A stretch of 59,776 bases of DNA, the filler included. It is 4 parts of 4 records of this genome, joined end to end, with 100 filler letters (N's around TTAATTAATTAA, not from the genome) between each part and the next. Parts side by side here need not be neighbours in the genome. Positions count along the whole stretch, not along the records: positions 47,650 to 59,776 come from SRR20825006_1625; 3 more parts are not named here. One strand, given 5' to 3'. The number at the start of each line of letters is the position of its first letter. The first letter of the stretch is position 1. Position numbers and translations under genes: made by a program. Shown piece by piece: positions 48,909-58,090 of the stretch. The notes beneath the pieces were generated by a model. That model saw only the letters and a program-made list of their open reading frames with translations. It searched no databases and was not told the origin of the DNA.

Positions 48909-49367
48909 ATGAATGACAATTTCCAACCAGCAATCGCGGACGCCGTGAAAGCGCTTTACGAACGAGATGACAACGCCAAGAAACTGTTTGATTGGGTCGC
49001 ATCGCTCCGGCGAGATGCGACAGCAACAAGCATCGAAAGAATATCTGCCAGACTAGGGATTTCCCGAAGTGCAGCCGTATCATTGGCGAAAGCCCTCGAA
49101 GAAGCGGGCTGCGGTGAGTTTATCGTAGGGCGAAGAGGCAGTTCTTCCCGCTTTGAGTGGTCGTATAGCCGCGTTAGCCTCGGACAGGTTGCCGCTGGTG
49201 AGGCGGACGAAATCGAACAGGTTTCGGACCCAATTTCAGAAACCGAAGAGGAAACCTTTAGCGCGGAAGGATTGGACGGCCCTCTGACCATACAGAAGGC
49301 GAAGTCTATGTTGGCCAAGACTCTGGGGGTTCAACCAGATCAGATTGAAATCCAGATTCGGGCTTAA
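48909..49367 (+). CDS. Hypothetical winged-helix DNA-binding protein
   Basis: AAGGA RBS; SIERISARLGISRSAAVSLAKALEEAGCGEFIVGRRG HTH+wing pattern. Confidence 0.75.
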   Translation: MNDNFQPAIADAVKALYERDDNAKKLFDWVASLRRDATATSIERISARLGISRSAAVSLAKALEEAGCGEFIVGRRGSSSRFEWSYSRVSLGQVAAGEADEIEQVSDPISETEEETFSAEGLDGPLTIQKAKSMLAKTLGVQPDQIEIQIRA

Positions 49368-49548
49368 CTAGATCGTCCTGCGGGCATTCCATGCCCGTCC
49401 GCGCGAAGCGCCGGGCCTATCGGCGGGTGGCCTTTAGGTTGCCCGCCGACAAGTCACCCTAAAACCGCCTACACCCGCGATCACCCCACAACACAATAAG
49501 GCCCCCGCCTGCTGACGGGGGCCTCGATCTTTGCGGCGGCGCGGGCTG

Positions 49549-50433
49549 CTACTCGGTGGCCATCCGGTCGGCCTGCGCGGTGCGCTCCATGATGTAATCC
49601 ACGGCCTTCTGCGCTTCGGACGCGGCGCGGAAGATCGCGCGGCTGTCTTCCTTCATCGCCTCCAGCCATCCTTCGACATAGGCCGCGCTCTGATCGAATT
49701 CAGGCTCCACCCCGATCTGCGCGCACAGCATGCAATTACCGATTTCGGCAACCAGCTCCTCAAACGCGTAGGCCTTGCGGTCATTGAACCGGCCAAAACG
49801 GTCCAGCCGCTTTGTCGCGCCAGTCCAATGGATTGTCTCATGGGCCAAGGTGCCAAAATACCCAGTCGCCCGATAAAACCTGCCAATTGGCGGCATGTGG
49901 ATGCGGTCGGTCTTGATGTTGTAGTAGGCGCGCGGCTCCTCGGTCACGTCGATCTGCGCGCCAGTCGCGGCAAAGAACGCCTCCAACTCGGGGTCGGCCA
50001 CCGTGCCAAGATCACGGGGCGGATCGGGCAGGATGTAGAATTCAGCGGGCAAGCCCTGGATCTGGTCGGCATTGAACACGCGGTAGGCCTTGGCATAGGG
50101 GATCTGGCGTTCCTCGCCGTTCTCGTCCTCGCGCTCGACGGTGCCGTATTTCACGACCGTGGCAGATTTCTCGCCCTTACGAACATGGCCCCCAAGCAGC
50201 TTGGCCTGATTGAACGTCATCCAGCGGGCTGAGCTGTAATCCTTGGCCATCGCCGTAGCCCAAAGCATCAGAATATTGATGCCCCGATAGGCTTCGCCGT
50301 TGAACCGTTCCGGCAAGCTGACCGATACCCCGCCACCGGTCCATGGCTTGCGCCAGGGCGGTATTCCCGCCTCGATCTGTGCGATGATCTGATTAGTGAC
50401 ATGGGAATAAACGTCAAACTTCTCTGCGGTCAT
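49549..50433 (-). CDS. ardC: ArdC antirestriction protein (ssDNA-binding + zincin-like domain)
   Basis: PPWRKPW, YRGINILML, WMTFNQA, VRKGEK, VFNADQ, HETIHWTG, YAFEELVAE; AGGAGG RBS. Confidence 0.93.
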   Translation of the reverse strand: MTAEKFDVYSHVTNQIIAQIEAGIPPWRKPWTGGGVSVSLPERFNGEAYRGINILMLWATAMAKDYSSARWMTFNQAKLLGGHVRKGEKSATVVKYGTVEREDENGEERQIPYAKAYRVFNADQIQGLPAEFYILPDPPRDLGTVADPELEAFFAATGAQIDVTEEPRAYYNIKTDRIHMPPIGRFYRATGYFGTLAHETIHWTGATKRLDRFGRFNDRKAYAFEELVAEIGNCMLCAQIGVEPEFDQSAAYVEGWLEAMKEDSRAIFRAASEAQKAVDYIMERTAQADRMATE

Positions 50434-50857
50434 TTGTGACCCTCCTTTGAGTGACGCGGTCCGGGTCTGTTCCCCTTTCCGCCGATGGGCGGGCCTTCCT
50501 GTTCTGTTGTTTGGAATGCCCATGCATTCCGAACGGCAGAGCAGGTAAGGGCAAAGCCCGTCCTGCGGCCTGGCGGGGCCGTGACAACCGGGTGGAGGGC
50601 GTGAATTTGGGAGGGAACCGCGCGCCTGCGCGTGGGAGGAACCGGAATTTTCGACCGGAACCGACGCCAACGGCGGCGCTTGCCGGTTTTCTCGGACCTG
50701 CCAGGATGGCAGGCGGATCAACAGGATTTGCAAACCGCCAAAGTTGGGGGTTTGCGCGGAAGCACCACTTAAGGTAATATGAAAGGAGGCAATCCTGCCG
50801 CCCAGGGCCGTCGCGCCCCGTTACATCGGTCCAACGTGACCTATGGAGTATAAGAAA

Positions 50858-52081
50858 ATGGCTATCAAACCATATCGGTTTGAGGTGTCCGAGGCGCGTA
50901 GCGTCAAACACCCCACCCTCCCTAACATCGTTAAGCATACCTTCTTGGTCCCTGCACGCCTGTTTCCAAAAGGCGTTCCGACGGGCGCTAACTTGCGTGA
51001 CCCCGTTGGTATGAATCGGCAGGTATACAAGGACGTGAAAGCAAGCCTCGAAGGTAAGGAAGCCCTTCCGGGAACCTTCGATCTACTGAATTTGGGGATC
51101 ACCATCATTGCTGAAGACATCGAGGTGATCGACAAGCGGGTCTTCAACGTCATGATTGATGATGATTATGGTATCGCTAATGGCGGCCACACCACCCGGA
51201 TCATTTATGACTGCCAAGAGGATGACTCGATCGCCGAAGGGCAGCACGTCGAAGTCAAAATCATCACTGGACTAGAAGGTGGGGAAAACCACACGCTGCG
51301 CGTGGATATCGCGAGGGGGCAGAACACTGGAATTTCTGTGCAACCTCGGTCGATATTTGAGCTTGATGGCGCGTTCGACAGCCTCAAAGAAATCGTGAAG
51401 GATCAAGACTGGGCGAACGATATTGGCTTCAAGGAGTCAGACAAAAAGGACATTGACGTCCGAGAACTGGTGTCAGTTCTTGAGCTGATGAACGTTACCG
51501 ATTTTCCTGTTCGTGAGTCTAAGCACCCAATTGCGGCCTATGAGAAGTGGTCAACGCCGCTGATGAAGTTTGGTGACGACTTTAAAGAGCACCAGAAAAC
51601 CGGCGAACCCAGAAAATACGCTGCCTTTGAACCTCTACTGATCGACACTCTTGTCCTATACGATCACATTCGCCGGGAATTTCTCAAGGTCTACAATGAG
51701 ACTGTCAAAGGCCGCGCCGGGAACCTGAGGATTGTAGAGAAGGCTCCTCCAAGCAAGGGCCGATACAAGTTCCAATATGCAAAACTAGACGATCACGACC
51801 AGCGTTTGACCAAAGGGGCCGCTTACCCAATTCTCGGCGCGTTTCGAAATTTTGTTTCAATCAATCCGGACACTGGATGCGCTGAATGGGTTGGCGGTTT
51901 CGAAAACGTTCTTTCTTCTTGGCGCAACCTAGCGCCTGAGTTGGTTTCAGAAACAAAACAAGCAATTAATGACATCGGTAATGCGCCGGATTCACTTGGC
52001 AAAAATCGAAATCACTGGGCCAATTTATTCAAATCAGTGCGGCTGCATGTCATGCAGCAGCAGTTGGATACGATGGGTTGA
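50858..52081 (+). CDS. AIPR-family protein
   Basis: NLR, FDLLNLGITII, GIANGGHT, IARGQN resemble AIPR motifs (N-x-R, NNGIT, NGxQT); codon usage differs from neighbours. Confidence 0.75.
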   Translation: MAIKPYRFEVSEARSVKHPTLPNIVKHTFLVPARLFPKGVPTGANLRDPVGMNRQVYKDVKASLEGKEALPGTFDLLNLGITIIAEDIEVIDKRVFNVMIDDDYGIANGGHTTRIIYDCQEDDSIAEGQHVEVKIITGLEGGENHTLRVDIARGQNTGISVQPRSIFELDGAFDSLKEIVKDQDWANDIGFKESDKKDIDVRELVSVLELMNVTDFPVRESKHPIAAYEKWSTPLMKFGDDFKEHQKTGEPRKYAAFEPLLIDTLVLYDHIRREFLKVYNETVKGRAGNLRIVEKAPPSKGRYKFQYAKLDDHDQRLTKGAAYPILGAFRNFVSINPDTGCAEWVGGFENVLSSWRNLAPELVSETKQAINDIGNAPDSLGKNRNHWANLFKSVRLHVMQQQLDTMG

Positions 52082-52092
52082 GGAGCCTCGGC

Positions 52093-52227
52093 ATGAACAG
52101 CCAAGAAAACAAAATCCTCATCAAAATTGGAAAGCACTTCGAGGCAAACGCCAGCGGCAACGTCGCTGTCGGTGCAGTCGTTGTGATCGCACTGATGCTT
52201 GTCGCGGTTGGCTTTTCTTTCCTTTAA
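52093..52227 (+). CDS. Uncalled 44-aa single-TM small protein
   Basis: GAGGAG RBS overlapping the AIPR stop; MNSQENKILIKIGKHFEANASGNVAVGAVVVIALMLVAVGFSFL*. Confidence 0.65.
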   Translation: MNSQENKILIKIGKHFEANASGNVAVGAVVVIALMLVAVGFSFL

Positions 52228-52234
52228 ACGCTGC

Positions 52235-52260
52235 TGGCGGCCGCTTCTTTGCGGCCGCCA
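52235..52260. terminator. Perfect 10-bp hairpin after the AIPR/small ORF unit
   Basis: TGGCGGCCGC-TTCTTT-GCGGCCGCCA; no clear U-tract. Confidence 0.45.
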
Positions 52261-52357
52261 CTATTCCACTACGGTACTCATTCTTTTCGAGACCGTCTCC
52301 GCCGGGGTCGCGCCAGCCTAGATCAGAGCTTTCAGTATCGAAAACAAGGCGACAAAT

Positions 52358-53647
52358 TCACTGCACAAGGAACAGCGCAATCTGCGGAAACACGGCCAAC
52401 AGGGCGATGAACCCCAGCATCCCTGCAACGAAGGGCATACAGCCGCGGAAAATCTTGCTAAGCGGCACGTCCTTCGCGACCGTCTTGATGACATAGACAT
52501 TTACACCCAGAGGTGGAGTCACGAGGCCAATCTCGGCGACGATGATCACATAGATCCCGAACCACACTGGGTCGATCCCAAGTGCCATGGCAATCGGAAA
52601 CAGGATCGGCACCGTCAGGATAAGCATGCCGAACACATCAAGCACGCAGCCCAAGACCAGATAGAGAAGTGTCACTGCAAGGATAAATTGGAAATAGCCC
52701 AGATCCATGGCCAGCATTGCACCCGTGAGCGCTTCGATGAAACCTGTCTGTACCAGAAAACGGACGAACAATGTGCCGCCCACAATGATGACGAACAACA
52801 TCGTCGACATCAGCGCCGCATCGGTGAGCGAAGCACGGATCGCCTCGAGGTTCAGGTTGCGTTGTAGCAGGCCCAAGGCGAGCACCGTGAACACGCCGAT
52901 CACGGAGCCTTCGGTCGGCGTGAAAACCCCCATGTAGAGTCCTCCCAGAAGCACTGTGAATAATCCCAGCACAGGCAGTACACCCAATAGCGCACGTATC
53001 CGTTCGGCCAGCCCCGGCACCTCAATCTTGTCCCCGCCCTGCGTAGGATCGATACGAACGATGACCATGATGATGGTCGCAAAGATCACCGCGATCATCA
53101 GGCCGGGAATGACCCCCGCTACGAACAGCGCCCCGATCGAGGTTTCCGTCATCAGGCCGTAGAAGATCATTATAATGCTGGGCGGGATTAGGATACCCAA
53201 GGTGCCTGAAGCCGACAGCACGCCCGTGGCCATCGGCATGCCGTAACCATAACGACGCATCTCGGGGATGATGATGGCGCCCATTGTGCGGGCTGTGGCC
53301 GTGCTGGACCCGCTGACCGCGCCAAACCCGGCGCAGGCAAAGACCGCCGCTACTGCCAGACCGCCCGGCATCCAGCTGAGCCAATAGGATGCCGCTCGAA
53401 ACATGTTGCGGGCAATCCCTGTGTGATAGATCAGGTTCCCCATCAGGATGTAGAATGGAATGGAGATAAGCACGAATTTGGTCCCTTCGGACCAGAACGC
53501 CAGCGTTGTCTGTGTCATCGCCGTGGACAATGAGCCCACAAGGGCCAGACCGCCGATGCCGACGGCCATCAGGCTGAGGCCGATCGGAACACCGATCACG
53601 ATCAGCAGGATCAGAAGGATGAAGGCGGCGGTTCCAAGGGCGATCAC
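52358..53647 (-). CDS. TRAP large permease DctM
   Basis: GAVSGSSTAT, GTLGILIPPS, TPTE, TPPLG; GTGA overlap with dctQ. Confidence 0.93.
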   Translation of the reverse strand: MIALGTAAFILLILLIVIGVPIGLSLMAVGIGGLALVGSLSTAMTQTTLAFWSEGTKFVLISIPFYILMGNLIYHTGIARNMFRAASYWLSWMPGGLAVAAVFACAGFGAVSGSSTATARTMGAIIIPEMRRYGYGMPMATGVLSASGTLGILIPPSIIMIFYGLMTETSIGALFVAGVIPGLMIAVIFATIIMVIVRIDPTQGGDKIEVPGLAERIRALLGVLPVLGLFTVLLGGLYMGVFTPTEGSVIGVFTVLALGLLQRNLNLEAIRASLTDAALMSTMLFVIIVGGTLFVRFLVQTGFIEALTGAMLAMDLGYFQFILAVTLLYLVLGCVLDVFGMLILTVPILFPIAMALGIDPVWFGIYVIIVAEIGLVTPPLGVNVYVIKTVAKDVPLSKIFRGCMPFVAGMLGFIALLAVFPQIALFLVQ

Positions 53648-54138
53648 TGTGCCTCTCCTTGCATTGGGTTTTCGGCCGGTCGCGATGAGAAAAGTTTCCA
53701 TGCGGCAAGGGCTGCGCAAACTGAAGCCACCGCACCCAGCGCCGCGCGGAACCAGCTGAGGGGAAGATCAAGATCCGTCGACCGTTCGTTGAACAAGATC
53801 ATCAGGTCAATGTCGCGCCAGCACTGGATCGCGATCAGCAAGGACACCACCAGCAGCATCAGCCAGACCAGCCGCGCCAGCGCCGTATTCACGCTTGGCC
53901 GCATCATTGCCGTCAGAAAGTCGGCTCGAATATGGACATTGCGCCGCCAGCTTTCGGGCAGGGCAAGGATGATGGCCATGAACAGCGCCATGGTCGAAGC
54001 TTCCTGCGCCCAGATTAACGGAGCATTGAAGACATAACGCAGTGTCACATCGACGCCGATGAGCACAAGGATCAATGGCAGGCAAATGTAGGCTGAAAGT
54101 ATGAATAGCCTGCGGGACACGTAAGAAAGAAAGGTCAT
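53644..54138 (-). CDS. TRAP small permease DctQ
   Basis: DVTLRYVFNAPLIWAQE, HIRAD. Confidence 0.9.
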   Translation of the reverse strand: MTFLSYVSRRLFILSAYICLPLILVLIGVDVTLRYVFNAPLIWAQEASTMALFMAIILALPESWRRNVHIRADFLTAMMRPSVNTALARLVWLMLLVVSLLIAIQCWRDIDLMILFNERSTDLDLPLSWFRAALGAVASVCAALAAWKLFSSRPAENPMQGEAQ

Positions 54139-54217
54139 GGCTGCCTCCGTTTGTGTTGGCGCGTCCGGACCCGCTGGCGCAGGGCCGGACCGGTTCAGGA
54201 TGTGCTCGACATCCAGA

Positions 54218-55288
54218 TCAGCGCAGACCCTCTACCGGTGGCAGGGCAAGGATGTCCGCATCGCTCATGGCGGAGTATTTGTCGCGTAGCTCACGCATGT
54301 CGGCGGCGAAGGCGGCGGCGGTAGAGCCTTCGCCCCCGTTCTGCGCCACGAAGTCATTCCACATCGGGTTCAGAAGTTCGGTGATGCGCGCCTGATCCTC
54401 GGCACTTGCCTGGACAATGGTCACCCCTTCCTGCGCCATGCGTTCAATCGCGCTTTCTGTCAGCCCCGTATACATGTTTGCATAGTCGTAACTGGCCGCA
54501 TTTCCGGCTTCGGCCACAACAGACCGCAGGTCAGGCGATAGCCCGTCATAGAACGCCGCATTGATCGCATGGGGAATGGCGATCCGCGCAACACCCATTT
54601 GATAGTAGTGCTTGCCCACTTCATACACGCGATAGGCAACCATGTCAGCACTCGCCAGAATGATCCCGTCTACGACGCCCTGCTGGAAGGCGGTATATGA
54701 GTCGGTGATCGACATAGTCACCGGAATACCGCCCAGCCGCTCCACGATTTCTGTGGCCGTGCTGCCACCTGCACGGATTCGCAGGCCGCGCAGGTCGTCC
54801 ATCGAATTTATCGGCTTCGAGGCGAGGATGTCATAGCTGGGGGTCGAAGCATTGAAAGCCAGCTTGACCCGCATCCTCTCATATTCGTCGCGCAGATACT
54901 TGGCGTAAAGCTCGTCCATCACTCGCACCGTGGCGATGTCGCTGCTGGGCATGGCGCCGGGCAGTTGCAGGCCGTGGAACAGTGCGAAGCTACTGGCCTG
55001 ATAAAGCGGCCAGGCGGAAGTTACATCTGTGATGCCGGTGGCTGCGGCGCGAAAGCCATCCGCCACGGGGTGCAGCACTTCACCAGGGTAGCGCGCGACC
55101 GTCAGCTTACCTTCACTGAGGGTCTCAAGGCGCGTGGCATAGGGCTCGATTACTTCGAGCCATGCCGCCGAGGTAGCTGGCTGGTTGTAGGACAGCTTCA
55201 ACTCTGTCTGCGCCTGAACAACCGAGGCCGCGCCGGTGATTGCCATGGCCATGGCGAAACCCGCGGCCTTCATTCCTGATAGTTTCAT
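54218..55288 (-). CDS. TRAP solute-binding protein DctP
   Basis: Signal peptide from MKLSGMK, DLRGLRIR, YTAFQQGVVDG. Confidence 0.9.
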   Translation of the reverse strand: MKLSGMKAAGFAMAMAITGAASVVQAQTELKLSYNQPATSAAWLEVIEPYATRLETLSEGKLTVARYPGEVLHPVADGFRAAATGITDVTSAWPLYQASSFALFHGLQLPGAMPSSDIATVRVMDELYAKYLRDEYERMRVKLAFNASTPSYDILASKPINSMDDLRGLRIRAGGSTATEIVERLGGIPVTMSITDSYTAFQQGVVDGIILASADMVAYRVYEVGKHYYQMGVARIAIPHAINAAFYDGLSPDLRSVVAEAGNAASYDYANMYTGLTESAIERMAQEGVTIVQASAEDQARITELLNPMWNDFVAQNGGEGSTAAAFAADMRELRDKYSAMSDADILALPPVEGLR

Positions 55289-55386
55289 CTTGTCTGATCC
55301 TCCCTTGGTGTGGCTGGCGGCATCCCCGCCAGTGGACTTCCGATACGGCACTCAGGCGTTTTCTCCCCGGTGCCGAGTACTTTGCG

Positions 55387-57108
55387 CTACTTGATGGCAG
55401 CCGAAGCGTGCTGCCCGGCGATAAACCCGAAGGCCATGCCCGGCCCAAGCGTGATCCCCCCGCCCGAGTAATTCCCGCCCAGAACGCTGGCCATGTCATT
55501 GCCCACGGCATAGAGCCCGCTCACGACCGTACCATCCTCACTCAGGACACGCGCGTGGCGGTCGGTCTTGATGCCCGCAAAGGTGCCGATGCTGCCGGGG
55601 ATGACGCGGACAGCATAGAAGGGTCCATCCTTTATCGGAGCCATGCAGGGATTGGGCGTCACCTGCGGGTCGCCGTGAAACCGGTTGTAGGCAGTGCTGC
55701 CCCGACCGAATTCAGTATCTACGCTGGTCGGCACATCCGAGTTGAAACGGGTGACCGTCGCTTTGAAGACCACAGGATCAACCCCAGCGTTGCGGGCCAG
55801 ATCGTCCAGTGTCTTGCCTGCGATCAGATAGCCGGATTTGATTGACGGCCCCAGCGATAGCGGCGCGGGTTTTACATGGCCAAGCCCATATTTCCGGATG
55901 GTGCGATGGTCGCAGATAAGGAAAGCCTCGGCAGGCTCGCCGGACGGGGTCGCCGCCTCCAATCCCTGAACGAAGTCGTGATAGCTGTTGGCCTCGTTCA
56001 CAAAGCGGCGGCCGTTCCGCAGCACGGCGATCACACCCGGCTTGCCGCGGTCGATGAAATGCGGGAACGGCCCCTTGGTTCCATCGGGGCGAGGCACCAG
56101 ACTGGTGGGTGCCCATGCGCCTGCGTTGGGATAGTCCATAAGCGTGGCCGCCCCGATCGCTTCGGCCATGCGCAGACCATCGCCTGTATTGCCCGGACTT
56201 GCAGTCGACACATGCTCGCCTTCTGCGGACGGATGTTTGTAAAGCGCCTTGCGCCGCGCGATATCCTGCGGAAAGCCGCCACAGGCCAGCACGACACCGC
56301 GCCGCGCCAGAACACGCCGCGAACCTTGCGGGGTAAGGATGGTGGCGCCGGTCACGGCGCCGTCCGCATCGCGCGTGATAGCCTTGACCGGGCTGTCCAG
56401 TAACACCTCGACGCCCAGATCGCGGGCCGAGCGGAACAAGCGCGCCGCCAGTGCATTGCCATTCGTGAGAAGTTGAGATCGACCGGTCAGCGCCTTGTCG
56501 ATGCCAAACTTGGTTAACCGTTGAGTGACGTAAATGAAGGAAGCAGGCGACTTGAACGCCCGGTAGAAGTGCCACAACTCCTTGCCCGATCCGATGGCCA
56601 GACCAAACAGCGTCAATTCCTTGCGCGGCGGACGCAGCTTGTCCAGATCGCGACCCAGCATAGATGCCTTCACCGGTTGCGCCAGGATCGAGCGACCGCC
56701 CGCGGTGCCCCCCGGCGCATCAGGGTGATAATCCGAAAAGGCCGGGGATGCCTCGAACCGGACATGGGTATGCTCGTGCATGAAGGTGACCATCGCGGGC
56801 CCGGCATCAAGGAAAGCCTCGGCCCGATCCCCGTCGAACTGGTTTCCGGCCTCGTGACGAATGTAGTTAAGCGCCGCTTCCTTGCTGTCCTTGACGCCCG
56901 CCTCTTGACTTACGAAATTGTTCGGAACCCAGAGATAGCCACCCGACAGCGCCGTCGTGCCGCCGAAGACAGATTCCTTTTCGACCACGATGACCTTGAG
57001 TCCATTTTTGGCCGCAACGATGGCGGCGGTCATGCCACTCGCGCCCGAGCCTGCAACCAGAAGGTCGCAGTCAATTACTGGCAAGGTCTCGTCGGTTCTG
57101 TCCGTCAT
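55387..57108 (-). CDS. FAD-dependent oxidoreductase (KstD/fumarate-reductase flavoprotein family)
   Basis: GSGASG, GGTTALSGG, LACGGF, GRRFVNE, GLYAVGN, GITLGP. Confidence 0.9.
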   Translation of the reverse strand: MTDRTDETLPVIDCDLLVAGSGASGMTAAIVAAKNGLKVIVVEKESVFGGTTALSGGYLWVPNNFVSQEAGVKDSKEAALNYIRHEAGNQFDGDRAEAFLDAGPAMVTFMHEHTHVRFEASPAFSDYHPDAPGGTAGGRSILAQPVKASMLGRDLDKLRPPRKELTLFGLAIGSGKELWHFYRAFKSPASFIYVTQRLTKFGIDKALTGRSQLLTNGNALAARLFRSARDLGVEVLLDSPVKAITRDADGAVTGATILTPQGSRRVLARRGVVLACGGFPQDIARRKALYKHPSAEGEHVSTASPGNTGDGLRMAEAIGAATLMDYPNAGAWAPTSLVPRPDGTKGPFPHFIDRGKPGVIAVLRNGRRFVNEANSYHDFVQGLEAATPSGEPAEAFLICDHRTIRKYGLGHVKPAPLSLGPSIKSGYLIAGKTLDDLARNAGVDPVVFKATVTRFNSDVPTSVDTEFGRGSTAYNRFHGDPQVTPNPCMAPIKDGPFYAVRVIPGSIGTFAGIKTDRHARVLSEDGTVVSGLYAVGNDMASVLGGNYSGGGITLGPGMAFGFIAGQHASAAIK

Positions 57109-57143
57109 AATTCAATCTTTCTGATGCAGGAATAGAAGGCAGT

Positions 57144-57920
57144 TCAGTTCGCCAGATAGCCGCCGTCCACAGGCAGCATGGTGCCGGTCACGTAGCTGGA
57201 CAGCCTTGATGCCAGAAACAGCACAGGTCCGACCAACTCGTCGGGTTCGCCCACACGTCCCATAGGGGTATGGGACATGAAACGCGCCATCGCTTCGGGA
57301 TTGGCTCGGGTACCTTCGGTCATAGGGGTCGCGATGACGCCGGGAGCAATGCCGTTGACGCGCACACCATCGGTGGCAAGATCGCAGGCCAAAGCCTTGG
57401 TCAATTGGATCACGCCACCTTTGGACGCGGCATAGCTGGCCGAATTCCGATAACCTACGAACGAGGCAATGGAACCCAAGTTGACGATGCGGCCACGGGT
57501 GGCCTTGATCTGGGGCAGCAGCGCCACAACCATATTTGCGGTGCCGTTCAAGTTAACAGCGACTTGGGCGTCGAGATGATCAAGAAAGTCGGCATCACCT
57601 GGTGCGGTGCGCCGGGTGATGCCCGCGTTGTTCACAAGTATTGAGACATTGCCGAACACAGCTTTCGCCCGGTCCGCAAAGGCGGTGCAGGCCGTACGAT
57701 CCGTCACGTCCAGCGCAAAGCCTTCGGCGCGTCCGCCTTGTTGCCTAATCTCTTCGGCCTCGGCCTTTGCACCTGCCTCGTTCATGTCGCACAGCAGGAC
57801 CGCAGCCCCCGCAGCCGCAAGCCCCCGTGCAATCGCCGCCCCGTTGCCTTGGGCGGCACCGGTAATGACCGCGACATCACCATCCAGCAAAACGGTCAAA
57901 CTTTCGATCATCATTGTCAT
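57144..57920 (-). CDS. Short-chain dehydrogenase/reductase
   Basis: TGAAQGNG, NNAGI, YAASKGG, VDGGYL. Confidence 0.92.
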   Translation of the reverse strand: MTMMIESLTVLLDGDVAVITGAAQGNGAAIARGLAAAGAAVLLCDMNEAGAKAEAEEIRQQGGRAEGFALDVTDRTACTAFADRAKAVFGNVSILVNNAGITRRTAPGDADFLDHLDAQVAVNLNGTANMVVALLPQIKATRGRIVNLGSIASFVGYRNSASYAASKGGVIQLTKALACDLATDGVRVNGIAPGVIATPMTEGTRANPEAMARFMSHTPMGRVGEPDELVGPVLFLASRLSSYVTGTMLPVDGGYLAN

Positions 57921-57978
57921 CCCCCCCTTGCGTCGTGTCGCAAGCTTGCAAGACACGACCTTCCACTGATGAATAAAT

Positions 57979-58024
57979 ATTACGTTATTCGTAATGTATT
58001 TTGTCAAGCGTAACATTGCTTACG
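57979..58024. promoter_or_regulatory. Palindromic operators in the divergent SDR/IclR promoter
   Basis: ATTACG-TTATT-CGTAAT (57979-57995) and CGTAA-CATTGC-TTACG (58009-58024). Confidence 0.55.
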
Positions 58025-58090
58025 GATTGGTTTCATGTCAAGGATCATTTATAATTGTTGAACGGTCGGACCTGAGGGGAGCGACAAAAC

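Noticed and set aside
49549-50733. 394-aa extended ArdC
   Set aside because: Homology and the AGGAGG RBS point to ATG 50433; the extension runs through the hairpin region
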